From: Vicugna vicugna
Taxonomy: Eukaryota
Reading direction: 5' to 3'
Length of the DNA stretch: 64,000 bases
NCBI GenBank assembly: GCA_013265495.1
Contig: MU057503.1
Span: 1-64,000, forward strand
The notes beneath the pieces were generated by a model, which saw nothing but the letters and a program-made list of their open reading frames with translations, searched no databases and had not been told where the DNA came from. The translations under genes were made by a program, and so were the position numbers. Within the stretch, counting starts at the first letter, position 1; every line of letters starts with the position of its first letter. Positions 9,601 to 23,240 of this stretch are shown one piece after another.

Positions 9601-12600
9601 ATTTACTGAAAACTTTAGCTGACATTTATAAACACTATCACTTTTTTAACTTCTTGGGGAAAAGATACTTATATTTTGTGGGCTTTTGTAACACATTTTG
9701 CCATGCTGTATGTACACGTAGACAAAGAAAGTTTATGTATTAGTCTAAAAAACTAGTTGTCAGACGATAAACGACTTACCTATGCTTTCTTATTAACATA
9801 TTGCCAGTACAACAACAAAGGGGAACTCAGGGCGAGCACGCAGGCCAAAAACAATCAAAGGAGAATAAAAGGAAAAATATACATCACTCAGTCATGTTGG
9901 ACTTTGGTTTTCAAATCTGCCTTCAGGGATTCAGCAGGGAAAATGCAAAATATTAAAACAATTATCCAAGTAAAAGTATGTTTCTGTTCAACATAAGCAT
10001 TAAGTTTTCCATTTGATTCACATATAATATGACTTTAGAAAAAAAGTTACTTATATCACTTAATTGTATTCCCTAATAAATGACATTGATACATGTTGGT
10101 TCATTATATGTTAATTCATCTGCAAACCTGAAACAAAATGGTGGCTGACCAACAGCGCCGCTGGTGGAGTGGTATCATGCAAGATTCCCCCCAAAATGGT
10201 GGCTGATAACAACAGTCAAGTGCGCAGAGTTTGCACAGAACTCACAGACCTTTCAAAACCATCACTATAGAAATGCCACTGACAATCCGAGCCATAAGTC
10301 TTCTAGTTCAAAAGACAGAGCAAATTCAATAGAAGTCCAGTTTCTGTTGTCTGTATTTCTCTGAGTCACCAGTATTAATTTTTCTATTTTACCTAGGGGT
10401 CTGAGGTCTGTGCATACCTAATTGAGTGCTATGTATAATATTACTTTAGATAGCTGTTTTTGCTATATTTTAGCATTATGCCTGAAAGCACTCCCTCAGG
10501 ATTAGCAAATCATACAGTCTTGTTTTCCCTCCAAGGAATTTGATTCCACAAACTAGTCATGATGCAAGCATTTTTTGCAAGTTATTTTCATAATGAGTAT
10601 AAGCTTTGCATGAAATCAGAACATCCTACACATGTAAGTATTTTACTAAGAAACTACTCATTAAGGTGATACACCTCACTTGCAAGAAAAACCATACTGC
10701 AATCAACATGTCAGCAATATTTGTATGGGAAGCAAACAGGAAAAGGAATTTCCAAACTGCAAAAATCAAAGACTCAGCAATGTGTTGCAGGCTGAAGAAA
10801 CAATCACTGATCATAAGAGGCTCTTGTTTCTCTGCCTAGTCTTAGCAATAAAAATACCATAACAACGTTGAAAAATGTGGCGTTGAAAACCTTAAATCAT
10901 ATCCAGACTGGCAAAATCAGCATTCAGACTGAGAAATGCATGTATCTGGGTTCAGGCCCAGTGCCTAATATAAACTTTTTCTGTTTATTCAGAGTTGGCC
11001 TCTGTAGCATACAAAAGACATCAGGTGTGGTCAATTTTTTAAGATCATTTAGTTAGATTAACCAAGCAGCATTACGGAATGTGATTTTAAAAATCTGACT
11101 TTGTGTATGTGTTTGGATGTATTAATGATTAATAAGGGTGGAACCAGAAATCTGGGTTCTGCTCATATGATATTTCATCCCAAAATAATTACTTCCACCT
11201 GTGCTCGGCCTTATCATCAGCAAAACGATAAAAGAAAAACAAGTGTTTTCTGGCATGTCAGTTGCAAACACACCAACAGCCTCCAGAACCACATCACTTT
11301 ATAAAACAACTGGGTACAACGATTAACGTCAATGCAATCGAGAGAGTGCCAATGTGCGTAGGAACATCTTGAGATAAACACTGTCATTTCTGTGCGATAA
11401 GAATCAGCCGTTTTTCATAGAGAAAGGACACTATGAATTAGTAACTGAAAAAAAAAACAGGAAAATTCCCCCACACAAATAAAAGGCTACGAACCCTTTC
11501 ACTTTTCCTGAAACAGTCCTTTTTTTTTTTTTCAATGACAAAGCATCAGACAAAATTTCACTCTCCTTAGAATACCAAAAGGAACTTTCGAGAAATATTC
11601 AGGTGTCTTCTAAATAGCCAAGTATCACTGAAAAGGCAAATAAAAGACCAGATTTCACAATTAGGTTTGCATTAATATATTTATTTAAGTGACTTATTTC
11701 AACTTGACTATGTTTCTCCTTATTTCTTTTCAGTAATTTTTGCTTTTACTTTTTGATGTGTTCGGGTAACTTCTGATCCGCAAGGAAGATGATTACTATC
11801 AGAGCTTCCATTCTACAAACTCCATTCCACAATTCCAGTGGCTCAATTCTGCAGTCACTGGATGATAATTCCTTTGCCCTTGGCTTCTATAAAAATAGAA
11901 GTAATAAGGCTTATTTATCTGCCTCCCTTTGAAAATACAAACGCCCATGCAACTCAGAACAGATCTCTATGTTTTTATTTCTTTTTAATACAGGAAACAT
12001 TGTGATGAAAGTGCTTATAAACACAATGGAAAGGAGGAAGCTCGAACTACAAAGTTAACCTTAAAGAAATCTTCAATGACCAATACCCCGACGTGAGCTG
12101 ACTTGTGCTCTCAGTGGCCTCTCTGCTGTTCACTGGCACACCCTCAGTTACCCGTGCAAATCCACCACACAGACAGCTTGGCACTAACAAAGTCGTAGGA
12201 TGGAGCTGTGGGAGGAAGAGATGAGATGGGATTCTCTTTTTATAACCTCACCTCTGCTCTCTTTTGAAAAGCTGCGAAGTATCAAAGCTAAGCTATTTTT
12301 CCTGCTGGCACCCCTAAGAGCAATTATCTCATTTCCCACCTGCCTCCTTGGACTAGGTCTTACAAGAGCTATGCAGGGGCTCAGTTATCATGCCACTCAA
12401 ATTATCGGATGGGCTCACTTTCTGTTAGAAGACAGAAACTGAAAAATTCACAGACTCCAAATATGACTCAAAAAATTCAATTCAGAGGATTTCTCCTTCA
12501 CCAAGTCCAATGTTATCTTTAACTTCATATAGAGGATTTCAGATGTTTGGTACTACTTGGCCATTGTTAAGAATCACGGGGAAATGTGAACCTGCAGTCT

Positions 12601-14884
12601 GCACGATTGGATCCGCCAGAAATATTGATGACCGTAGGTAATTACTTAAAAATAGAAATGATGAATTCCTACCGGTGGGACAGACGCATCAGTGTTACCA
12701 ACAGCAGTGCCCAGAGAAATGGAAGCTGCTACTCAGAAACTCTGAGCCTGAATGTCACCAATCTTCTCCATGTCTTAAAAGTTTCTTAATTAGGGCCAAC
12801 ACAAAGCATGTACTCTATAAAAATGAACAAAGCCAGCTTGAAAGCCTCAATCACAAAAGAAGCAGAGTGACTCTGAGTCACAATTGTCATGGGGGGGATT
12901 AACTTACGCAGTCTCTGGAAGCCACCAATAAATGGCTTCTGGGCTGCACACGGTCTCCTGCCCTCCAGGCTGGCTCCTTTCTCCTTGCTCCATAACAGCC
13001 AGTTACCCTTTATTGTTTATCTCTGGCCATAACAGAAAATCCCTAATGGCACAGGGGCAGGAAAGAATCAAAACAGGGGTTTCTTTAAAGGTCGGTGTTG
13101 TTTATTTTCTGGAAATCACTGATCTGGTGTTCTTATTATGAGTCCAACGGGACAGGGACAGTATCTGATCTTCTGTTCTATGCACACTTAGTACATTACC
13201 AAAACTAAGAACACGCTCAACTATAGCTTTCCAGGGCTCACACTGCCTTCTGGATAGACAGCCACCCTGAAGCTACACTCCCCAGGAGTTCACCCAGATT
13301 GTATGTTAGTAGCATCCACAACTTCCAGAGGAACAGAAACTATAGAAAAGAAAAGCCTTAAACCAGATAATGACACTAGCTAATGTGTCTTGACTAGTTA
13401 CTAAGTGCCAGGTAAACATGTAAATAGGTTCCTTACACATGTATGTTGAGTTCAAGTGCTTATTTCTTTTACTTGGGGGAAAAAGACAAATAATCTATCA
13501 CTATTCAGGACTCACCTGTCACCCTTAGATGTTTGAATTTTAGTTCTTCCACGTGACAAGAACAACATAATGGTGACCATGCATATTGCTTCAGCTCCAA
13601 CATGCATGTCCACTGCACTCTTCAATAACGTTGTAAAGATCTGCTACCACGTATTAAAATTAAAGCAAGCTTATTTGGATTAAGTATCATGTCTCTCATG
13701 GCCAAAGCATATATGTTGAGTTCTTTCAAACACATACAATGCTGCAGGGTAAGCTGACTTCCCAAAGGCATTTATATACTTGCTGGCTGGTCTTGAGAGT
13801 AATATTAATTCATCCATTCATTCATTCTTTCATGAGCCATGTGAGACCAGCTCTCAGCAGGGAGCTAGAGGAAATTCCAAAGATACAGAAGGCAGCTTCC
13901 TTTTTAAGATATTTATTGCTTGTGCTGCTTTATTTTTAGAACATGATTGGGGAATTTGAGTTTAAAAGGTGTGTTGAATGACATATAATCATAGCAATGG
14001 ACTGCAGAGAATTTCCTCATCTCTTTCTAACACTGATACCACTGGCAACTTTTTTAAAGCCAGCCTCAAAGGATGTAATTCTTTCCACAAGGACAAGAAA
14101 GGATGTGAGTGGAGAGAGAGGCAGGAGGAGAAAGGGGGAGACGGGGAGGAAGAGGAGAGACAGAGAGAGAGATTATGCTATGAAACTCACCAAACACATA
14201 TTGGAAAAAGGGCTTTAAAATATATGAGCCAGAAGCAATAACCCTAAAAGCGAATACAGACAACAGTCTAAACTTTCACTGACTTAACGGAAACCCAAAG
14301 ACTTTTGGTGGTGGCTCTGGCTAAGGAGTTTATGTTGAGTGTTCCCAGACTGATGGAGGAAATGGCAGTGCTCCATTCTCCTGACTCTGCTGGTAAAGCT
14401 ACACCCGTCTGTAGTAAGCAGGGCTACACCTGTAGTAACCAATGAGTTAAGGGTGGTCTGATAACAAATTCAGAAATTATTTGTAGTTCAAAAGAAATAG
14501 CACCCACAGTTACCTATAGAAAAATCCCCTAATTATCTTGTACTCTGAATATGCCACTCAAAGCTCAAATAATCATGAATATCATTTTAGTACATCATGA
14601 AGTATCAGGGCACTCTTGTTGTTTTTTTTTTCTTTCTTGTTTTTCACATCTGTGTTTGCAGGAGTCCAAGTAGTTTATTATAATTTCATCGTCCACCTTG
14701 GTTATAAACCATAAATGTCTCAGCTATACCAAATTTCAAACAGAGCAATCAAATCTGAACACATGAAATAAAGTGATATAACCTAAAGTGAATTAGTGCC
14801 CTCCTGTAAGTATTGTGAAATTAAATCTTATTTAAGATACAAACTACCAAGAGTACTACTCAAATAAGAAGCAAAACAAAGGTC

Positions 14885-15645
14885 TTGCAATAAATGTGTA
14901 TGGAATCTATGGTAGGCAGGCCCTGTTGCAGGTTCTGTGACTACAGGGATAAAGAGGCTCCGAGCCTAACGGGTCTGAGGCCGCTGAATGCTATGCAGAT
15001 ACTCCAAGTAATGACGTGAAGGGAAGTCAAAGTCCTCTCTGAGAAGGTGCCGTTTAGGCTGAAACTGAAATGTCAAGAAGGGAACAATCTTATGAAGATA
15101 AGGAGGAAGAGCTTTCCAGGCAGAGGGACCATTCAGGGCACAAGATTTAAGTGCAAATAAGTTTGGCATGTGGCTAGAGCAGAGACAGCTAGGGTGAGGA
15201 CAGGATGACAAAAGCACCTCAGAGAAGTAGGCGGGTCATGGAGGGCTTCGTAAACCCAAATAAGGAGAGTGGATTTACTAAGTGGGATGGGGCGCTTTAA
15301 AGGGCTCGTAAGCAAGAGAGCGACACGATCTTGTTTATATTTAAAATATTACTCTAGATGCTCCACAGAGGATGAGTTTTGGGGAAGCAATAGTCCAAGA
15401 AAGGATTCCAAGGAGACACCATGCTGACTTGGACTAGGATGTTAGGAGAAAGAGAAAAGACAGATTTGAGATGTGTTTTGAATATAGGGTTAATCATAAC
15501 TGGCTAATAGCAGCAAGGCTAACCCCTATTTGGCTTGAACAAGTATCGGGTGGATGGCAGTGCTAGTACTGAAATGGGGAACACCAGAAGGGGTGGAGGA
15601 AATACAGTTTTGTTTCAACGGTGTTCTGTTTCAGACACGTAGGCA
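14885..15645 (-). mobile_element. L2 LINE fragment
   Basis: gagaaggtgccgtttaggctgaaactgaaatg...ttccaggcagagggacc...ggagagtggattt...ggatggcagtgctagtactgaaatgggga match the antisense L2 3' region. Confidence 0.8.
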
Positions 15646-16364
15646 CACCAGGCCTTGGTGTTTTATCGAGCAACATACTTCACCAATCTAATGTTTATAA
15701 AAATTAGTAATACCATGAAAGGCAGGGAAACTAAACTTTCTACATTACATTTTAGACACTATTTTGTCACCAAATATTCTGCCTCAGAAAAAGTTGCATC
15801 TCTGGAGAAAGATGGGTAAAGCTGGAATGTGAAGTGAGTATGAGGACCAACATTCTTGGGCAACAGTATCTTGTACCCTAAACATCAAAAATGACCCACC
15901 CCATAGGTTAAAATACTGAATGGCCAAAATGATGGAGCAACGTAAAAAAGAGCACAAATCTCCTGATCAACTAACAAGGCTGGCTTTCATCCCAGAACTG
16001 GTCATTCTTGTACAATGAGACGGTGTCATTTGAAAGAGAAATTACTGTCCAAGTACAGTTCTTGGACATTCTTGTTTTCATCTGAAGCCACTGAGACCTT
16101 TAAACTCCTTCCCACCAGAACAGAACAGAGAACAAGGCAAGGGCTAGAACAAATTAACCCAAGATACTGCTTTTGATACCAAGAAATACAACACTCCATT
16201 TAAGGTATTATGGAAAACAAAAACAAGCAATGCAGACCAGTGGACAGAAGTAAGAGAGAGAGAGAGACTGGAATCTTACAAAAAAAAAGAAAGAAAAATG
16301 CTACAAATATCGTATCCTAAACAGTCTTGCCTGAAGATTTCCCTATTACTCTAGTATTATTCTC

Positions 16365-16548
16365 TTCTGTGCTAGACATTTTTCCTGGTTTATCTTTGTG
16401 CATTTAATCTTCACATAAGCCCTACGAGGTAAGTATTATTATATAGATGAGAAAACTCATGTCAGAAAAGGCAACTGTGTAGTATTGCACAATTAGTAAG
16501 TTTTAGAGCCAGGATTTGACTTCAGTTCTGGTTAATTTCAAAACGCAT
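16365..16548 (-). mobile_element. MIR SINE
   Basis: catttaatcttcacataagccctacgaggtaagtattatt...agatgagaaaact...agagccaggatttgacttcag. Confidence 0.75.
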
Positions 16549-17022
16549 GTTAGTGCCTCTCAATTTTTTTTTCAAAATTTGCTAGATACACTTCTGATTA
16601 CACAATAGGTACACAGTACATTTTCAATTACCTGCCATTATAAAGTGACAGGTGGACTCAGGTGGCACTGAGATCTTCCTACGCATGACTATACAGACAA
16701 GAATGAATCTTTCTATAGAATGGTGATAGATCATGGACTACTTTCATGAGAAAACGAGCCCTCACATTTGCACATTGCTGTAGCAAATTATATCTCTTCC
16801 TATCTTGACTGTGTGTTTATGATAGAAACCTTTTAAAGTATGTGTGCTGAATTTGAAGTTCGGTTGGTAGATGCAAACTTGCTCTCATTTGATTGACTTG
16901 GCTAGCAGAGAATTTTGTAATAATATCTGTTTTTCATTAAATATATAATCATTGATGAATGCAATAGTGATTTGACTTATTCTATTATTATCCCTTTACT
17001 TCTCAGGATTAACACACCACAA

Positions 17023-17048
17023 ACACACACACACACACACACACACAC
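17023..17048. repeat. (AC)13 microsatellite
   Basis: Perfect AC run read directly. Confidence 0.95.
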
Positions 17049-17858
17049 GGAAAGCTAAGTATTGCAAATCCAATGTTAGCTTTAGACTTCTGCTCTCAGA
17101 CAGTGTCGAGATTACCAGGCAGCTCAATATTCCAGCCAACAGGGTAGCACAGGTATCAAGTTCTCCCAGCATATGTCATCAAGTAAATTTTTTGGTGTTG
17201 CAAAAATTTCCATACTTAATCTTGAAACTGAAGGGCTTATTTAAAATGGAGGCTTTTTAAAAAATCTCTCAAGTTCTATTCTCTAATGCAATTTAATTGT
17301 TTAGGGAGTGACATGTCTTATGATCTAATTCATAGTTCATGAAATTTATTAGATGGCGGTAAATTTGTCAATCTGGGAACATTTGCAATAAAACATTATA
17401 TATGTCAAAGTTTTTTCTTCATAACAAACAAATCCATAGACATAGAACACTTCGAAAACAAATTCTATTTCCTTCTTGCTTCTGAAGCCACATCCTTCAA
17501 TCATCAATTTATTTTCGTGACAAACAGTATTAAGCAAGCTTATATATGCGATGTTTACATCTAGTACAACTAGAGTCCTTTCATCTGTGTGACTTTTTAG
17601 TACTTAATGACTACAAGAAACTTGTTATAGATGAAAGACAGACATACGTCATTTTCAGATACCAAGCATTTTGTAGCAAGAATACACTCCTGCTCATTGT
17701 TATTAAGTGAACTATTTGTGTAATAGCAGCAGCTATCAGTTGAATACTTACTGTATGTTTGACACAAAAGTACTGTTTACATATTTATTTAATATGTAAA
17801 GCATTCAATTTGGAAGGTATTCCATTAAGGGAGAAATAAGGAAAAAGCAGTGCCCATC

Positions 17859-18050
17859 ATGGTGGACATGCTAGCTGTCTACCAAAAGCAGCTGTTCTTC
17901 TGACAGTAATAAAGTTCCAGGTGGGATGTAGATGCCAAGCTAGACACTGTCCATCCCCAGGCTCCCTTACTGTTAATGTGGTCACGTGTCCAAGCTCCTG
18001 CCAATGGCATCTGGATGGAAGCAATGTGTGTACAATCCACCTCACTTGCT
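17859..18050 (+). mobile_element. MaLR LTR 5' fragment (MLT1I/J-like)
   Basis: ccccaggctcccttactgttaatgtggtcacgtgtccaagctcctgccaatggcatctggatggaagcaatgtgtg. Confidence 0.65.
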
Positions 18051-18756
18051 TGGGTGGAAATCAGTGTAACCAGATTAGACATTCTCCCACTTCTCATAGC
18101 TACAATGGCCATTTCAGCTCTGTTCCTAATTGACTATAAGGAACAGAGCTGCCAACAGATGCAAACACTTAAGACTGTTTATTTAACCATTATTTTGATG
18201 TCTATTTGCTGCAGCAGCTTAGCTACCCTAATTAATGTATCATAAGCACACATACGTGTAGATGGATGGATAGATGGATGGATATATCTATGTGTGTGTT
18301 TTATAGTCAATAACCAATGGAGGCTTTTGTTTTTATGCTTGCAGGTTAAGATTAAGTACAGGCCAAAACACCAAGAACACCCACATGAGCTATAAATGAG
18401 ACTACTGTTTTCTGATTATTATCGCTAATGATAACATTTCAGTTGTGTGGTTTTGTACATAAATGTTACAGTTTACAAAACATTTCCAAAAACATCTTCT
18501 CTTGATCCCCAGCACAGTCCTTTTATTTTGTACTTAATCAAACAGATTCAGAGCAGCTGAGTGACCTGCCAAATAGTACACGGCCCTCAACTTGCAGAAA
18601 TCTGTCCTCGTTAGACTGCATTGGATCACCCCTTTGTGACGATACCACTCAAGTTTGCCTTGGTAAATTCAAGCAATTTAAACTGTATATATCAAAAGAG
18701 AAGTGAATTTTGCCTGGTGTTGTTTTATTAAAAATTACCTAAGCTGCAGGGTGTTT

Positions 18757-18907
18757 GGGAAAGGGTAAGCTTAGTGGCAGAGTGTGTGCTTAGCATGCAT
18801 GAGGTCCTGGGTTCAATCCCCAGTACTTCTGTCAAAATCAATCAAATCAATCAAATTACCTCCCCCCCCAAAAAAATTTTTTACAACAACAAAATTTTAA
18901 TCATTTA
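18757..18907 (+). mobile_element. vic-1-type tRNA-Ala-derived camelid SINE
   Basis: tRNA-like head gggaaagggtaagcttagtggcagagtgtgtgcttagcatgcatgaggtcctgggttcaatccccagtac (A box, B box ggttcaatccc), then an A-rich linker, aattacctccccccc and an A-rich tail. Degenerate TSD aaaaattacctaagct (18730-18745) / aaaaatcatcttagct (18908-18923). Confidence 0.85.
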
Positions 18908-20384
18908 AAAAATCATCTTAGCTCTGATTTTCTTACTTCTATATATTTGAGCATGTCTGGTACAATCTGGCTTATTCTGAAAAAATCCAAAAGACCTACG
19001 TGGAGAAGTAGAAGAAGGAAAATGAAGAAGTTTAAAGTTATGAGTCTCCCGATTTTCTTTAGGTTTTGTGAGCGGTGTAATTGTAAGAGATTTAAGGCAT
19101 TAGTAACAAAAACTGATTTTTAAAATAAATAAACATTTTCACTGCAAAATATGAGTAACCTTTTTGCAAATCACTTTGTCCTGGATTTCAGCAAAGTCTT
19201 ATTCTTGACATGATAGTTCAGAGAGCTGTATTTTTTCTGCTTCCTAAGGTTTCCTTAGGGTTTTCCAGGTACCTTCCTCAATAAAATCTAATGCTCTTCT
19301 CCTAAGTCTCCCAGATTTTCCTTTTGCTAAGGTTTGACACCCCACCTACGAGTGTGTATTGGCCAGCAACACTCCAGGACTCAATCTCCCATCACGTTTA
19401 AACAATAGTCTAACTCCCCAAAGGAAGGGAGTAAAACAACCTTCACCAATTCTTTCTTCCACAGAATCAGCCAGCAGTTTTAGCGTTACACAATATACAA
19501 AGCAGAAGGAATAAAAAGAGAACTTCTCATCCCCATAAGTACCCTCATGGGCTAGTAAGGACATTATTTAGATAAGACAGCTTTTCTGAAGGCCCTGAAG
19601 ATATAAATAGGCATTCAGGGCAGCATCAAAGTCTCTGGGAAAAAATAATGTGAAATGGGAACCTCTCAAAAGGAGAAAGCTTAAAAGTGAAATTCTTGCA
19701 GAAATGAAGCCTCAATGAAGTTTAGATTCCTCCATTATATTAATCCAGATTCATGTGTTAACTTTCTGAGCTATTTAATATATATGAAAACATTGCATGT
19801 TCTTCTAATCCTAGATAATTACTATGGACTCATCGACCATAAAAGGAATTACTCAACATTAGATAAATTATTAAATTCATTAATAACCAACCTAGAGAAT
19901 TACTGTTGGCTGACTTGATTAGGTCTTTCCTCAAAACCAACAGTTTAAAGAAACTTCAATTAATTTGACACCAGTGACTTCAGAAGCGGCAAAACATGTG
20001 AACATAGCTTAATGAGATGCTTTTACTCTGTGTTCTGTTTTCATTAATTGACAAATATTCACTGATATTTTGGCTCAAAGTCATTGCATAAGCTATCTTT
20101 TACATACAGTAAATTAAAACTTAAAGTACTTTCTTAAATGAGCAAGTAACGATTGTTTAATTACAAAAGAGGAAATGCTTTGTAACTTCTTTCTAGATTG
20201 TGGATCAGGATCAAATGCGGTTGATTTCTGAGAAGAAATTTATTTTTAGTGATTGGTCATTAAATTCCTCTAAGGCGATGCAACCAGTATTATAAAGCAT
20301 GGAAGAAAATTTATAAAGCTATAAAACCTGTTTCTCTCTCAGTAGCCAGGATATCACTTTGTTTCAGTTCTCTTCCAAATTCTG

Positions 20385-20700
20385 ACAACTTAATGGTATT
20401 GCCCCATGTTGCCTGCCTGTCTCGAGCTTTTTCTTATTATCTCATATACTCCCTCAAGATGACCTCATCCACACCTATGAATTCAACTCACCAATATGCT
20501 GATTGTCAAAATCCACATCTTCAACACAAACCTCATTCTAAGTTCCCAATTCATATTTTAAAACCTCTGCTTCTATATCCCAGGGACTTCAAAATCAACA
20601 TGTTCCAAATTTACTATCTCTACTCCCTCACTCACACCCAAATAATCAGTTACCCTCTTCAGTTCCCTCCCTCAGTGAACGGTTTCAGTTTTCCCTGGCA
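20385..20700 (+). mobile_element. L2 LINE fragment
   Basis: atactccctcaagatgacctcatccacacctatg...tatgctgattgtcaaaatccacatctt...cttcaaaatcaacatgttccaaa is sense L2 ORF2/3' sequence. Confidence 0.7.
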
Positions 20701-21514
20701 GTGCTTTGTCAGAGTCCCTCTGGGGACATCCAGGAGCACCTAAGGCCTTCATATCATCAGAGCAATGCCATGCTTTACAAGGAAGAGGGGAGGACACTAA
20801 ATCCTCCACTCGAGTTCACTTTGGCCCCAGGAGATCCATGCAGCCCGGCTTATATGCATGTTTCACAAATTTGTCTTGAAAACAATTCCTTAAGTTGCAA
20901 CTATAGCCTTTCTCTCTACAGGGTCAAGTGTAGTCCACTGAGTCAGACTGTATTATTTCCAGTGTCATGTCATCATCTGCAACCGCCCTTCTCTCCAAAC
21001 TCGGCTCTCCAGGAGCCATACCCTTTCCTCCAAATAAACCTACCTGTGCAAACAGAAGCCTAGGCAAACTGTCAGTCTCACACATCCAGAAACATCCAAA
21101 TCTCTGATCTCAACTCTCTCACACACACATGCACAGATACATAGACAAGTTTCCAAATCTGCAAACTCGAAGTTTGCGTTTCTCATCTACTCTCACTCAC
21201 CTTCATCCCTGTCACAAGGGCAGATAAGAAACTGACATTAAAAAAGAGCAAGAATTTTAAATAAACTTTATAAAAACGTGTATTTTCAATTAATTTCAAA
21301 TTATTCATTATTACTAATAGGTCTATGGACTTGGAGTCAACAGTGACTTGATAAAGGTTTCATAGCATGTTGTTACTAAATCCATGATTTAAAACCAATA
21401 TTCCTGTCTGGAATACTGGTTACTCTGGTCCAACCTATTCATTTTTTGCAGAAGCTGCTCACAGAAAGTGAAACTAGGGGTGCACTAATGGTAAAGCCAA
21501 TGCCTGAATCTCTC

Positions 21515-22092
21515 TACATAAATTTTCTACCGCTGCATCACAAAATCACCACAAACTCAGCTTAAAACAGTAATTTATTAGTTCTTAGTTCTATAGGTCA
21601 GAAGTCCAAGCACAAAGACATAGGTTTTACTGCTCAGGTCTCACAGGCTAACATCAAGGTGTTGGCCAGGCTATGTCCTCATCTGGAGCTCAGCTCCTCT
21701 TCCAAGATATGAAATTGTGGCAGAATTCAATTCCTTGCAGTTGTAGGACTGAGTCCCCAGTTCCTTGCTGGCTGTCAGCTGGAGGTTGTTCTCAGATCTT
21801 AAGAGACCAGCTACATTCCTTGCCATGTGACCCTATCAATCTTCAAATCAAGCAACGGAGATTTTCCCTTATGTCAAAAATTCCCACTCACTCTGAATCT
21901 CATTCGCTAGGAAAAGTGCGGTCCCTTTGAAAGACTCACCTGATGAGGTCAGGCTCACCAAGGATAATCTCTCTTTCTTGAAGCTCTATCACATGCCTAG
22001 TCCAGGCCCACATTTGAAGGCAGGGAATTATATAAAGACATACACCAGAGGGGACACAGCTTGTAGGCCATCTTTACACTCTGCCTCCCACA
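21515..22092 (-). mobile_element. MaLR LTR (MLT1E/F-like)
   Basis: caccacaaactcagcttaaaacag...ggtcagaagtcc...atcaaggtgttggccagg...ggcagaattcaattccttgcagttgtaggactgagtcccc...ctgcctcccaca. Confidence 0.85.
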
Positions 22093-22984
22093 CTACCTTC
22101 CTACTTATAGCAGTTCTTTCCTACTACATAATCATGTATTAGATTGAGTTACCCTCTAGGCAGGCAGAGGAGGGAAAATATAGAAAAAGGAACAACAGAC
22201 ATGGGAGAGAAGAATGTGTGCTACTCTTATGGCTTATTTGATTTGCCACATATGTGAAATGTACAAAATTCTAAAATGTACACATTATTCAGTGTGGACC
22301 TAGTATATTGCTGAATTTCTTTGGCCTTAAATTTCATTATTTATAAAACAACAGTTCCTACTTTGTAGGACTATACATTCATACATAACACCCTTATATT
22401 ATAAAATGTGTAAGGTGACAGAAAAGAAAAACTGGCCTCTTCACATATTAATGTTCATGAAGAGTAGTTTATACAACCAGTTCATGCAAAACGAGCCTCC
22501 TAGATTTTCACAAATGGTCTATTTGCTCTTAGCATTAAAACCTTCCCCTATGTACTACTTCTATTTCTAGAATTAAACTAACTTTGCAATTATTTAATCA
22601 ATTTAACTTTTCAAATTACCTTCACAATTATTGTCACATTAATTTTATAATTTTAAAAATCCATTTAGAATAGATAGAGCATGTATTGCTTTTCTCATTT
22701 CACAGGTGAGGAAAAAACCCGAGTCTGAGAAAGGTTAAATAATTTTTCCTCAGCAAGTTAGGAACAGAACCAAGAGCAGATTCCACTTTTCATAGAGCTC
22801 ATGAGCTCATATGGTCTTTTGATGTGGGCTCCGACAGTAACTACATCATGTATAGAAATAACCAGTCATAAACTCATCACAGTGGAACATTTCATTTGAA
22901 TTCTGATGAATATCCATTATAATTTTAAAATACAGCCTCTAAGAACAATTTGTGTTATTTATTCACTGACCAAAAAGAAGTTAA

Positions 22985-23240
22985 CACTTAATAGTAACTA
23001 TGGGTCCACCATGTTCTACTGTGATTTTTTCCATTTAATCCCTGCAACAGCCCTTTGAGAATAAGTGCTAATATTATCCTCATTTTACAGATGAGGAAAC
23101 TAAAGCAAAAAAGAAAAAAGAAAGAAAGAAAAAGACACTTTCCCAAAATCATTCATGGCTAAGTGGTAGAGCTGAAATTTAAACTCTCATAATCTGGATC
23201 CAGAATCAAGGCTCATAACTAGTAGACTCTATTGCCTCAA
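22985..23240 (-). mobile_element. MIR SINE with internal A-rich insertion
   Basis: catttaatccctgcaacagccctttgag...attatcctcattttacagatgaggaaactaaagc...cccaaaatcattcatggctaagtggtagagctg. Confidence 0.8.

Noticed and set aside
13516..13640. 125-nt - strand exon candidate with CAG|gtgagt donor
   Set aside because: Poor acceptor pyrimidine tract and an unrecognised peptide.
13978..14263. Overlapping E/R/G-rich ORFs
   Set aside because: Caused by a purine-rich low-complexity tract (14095-14172).
18757..18830. Functional tRNA-Ala gene
   Set aside because: Degenerate stems, SINE-type tail and TSD indicate a SINE.
22795..22808. 14-bp palindrome gagctcatgagctc
   Set aside because: Isolated, at a MIR edge, and expected by chance or a short tandem duplication.
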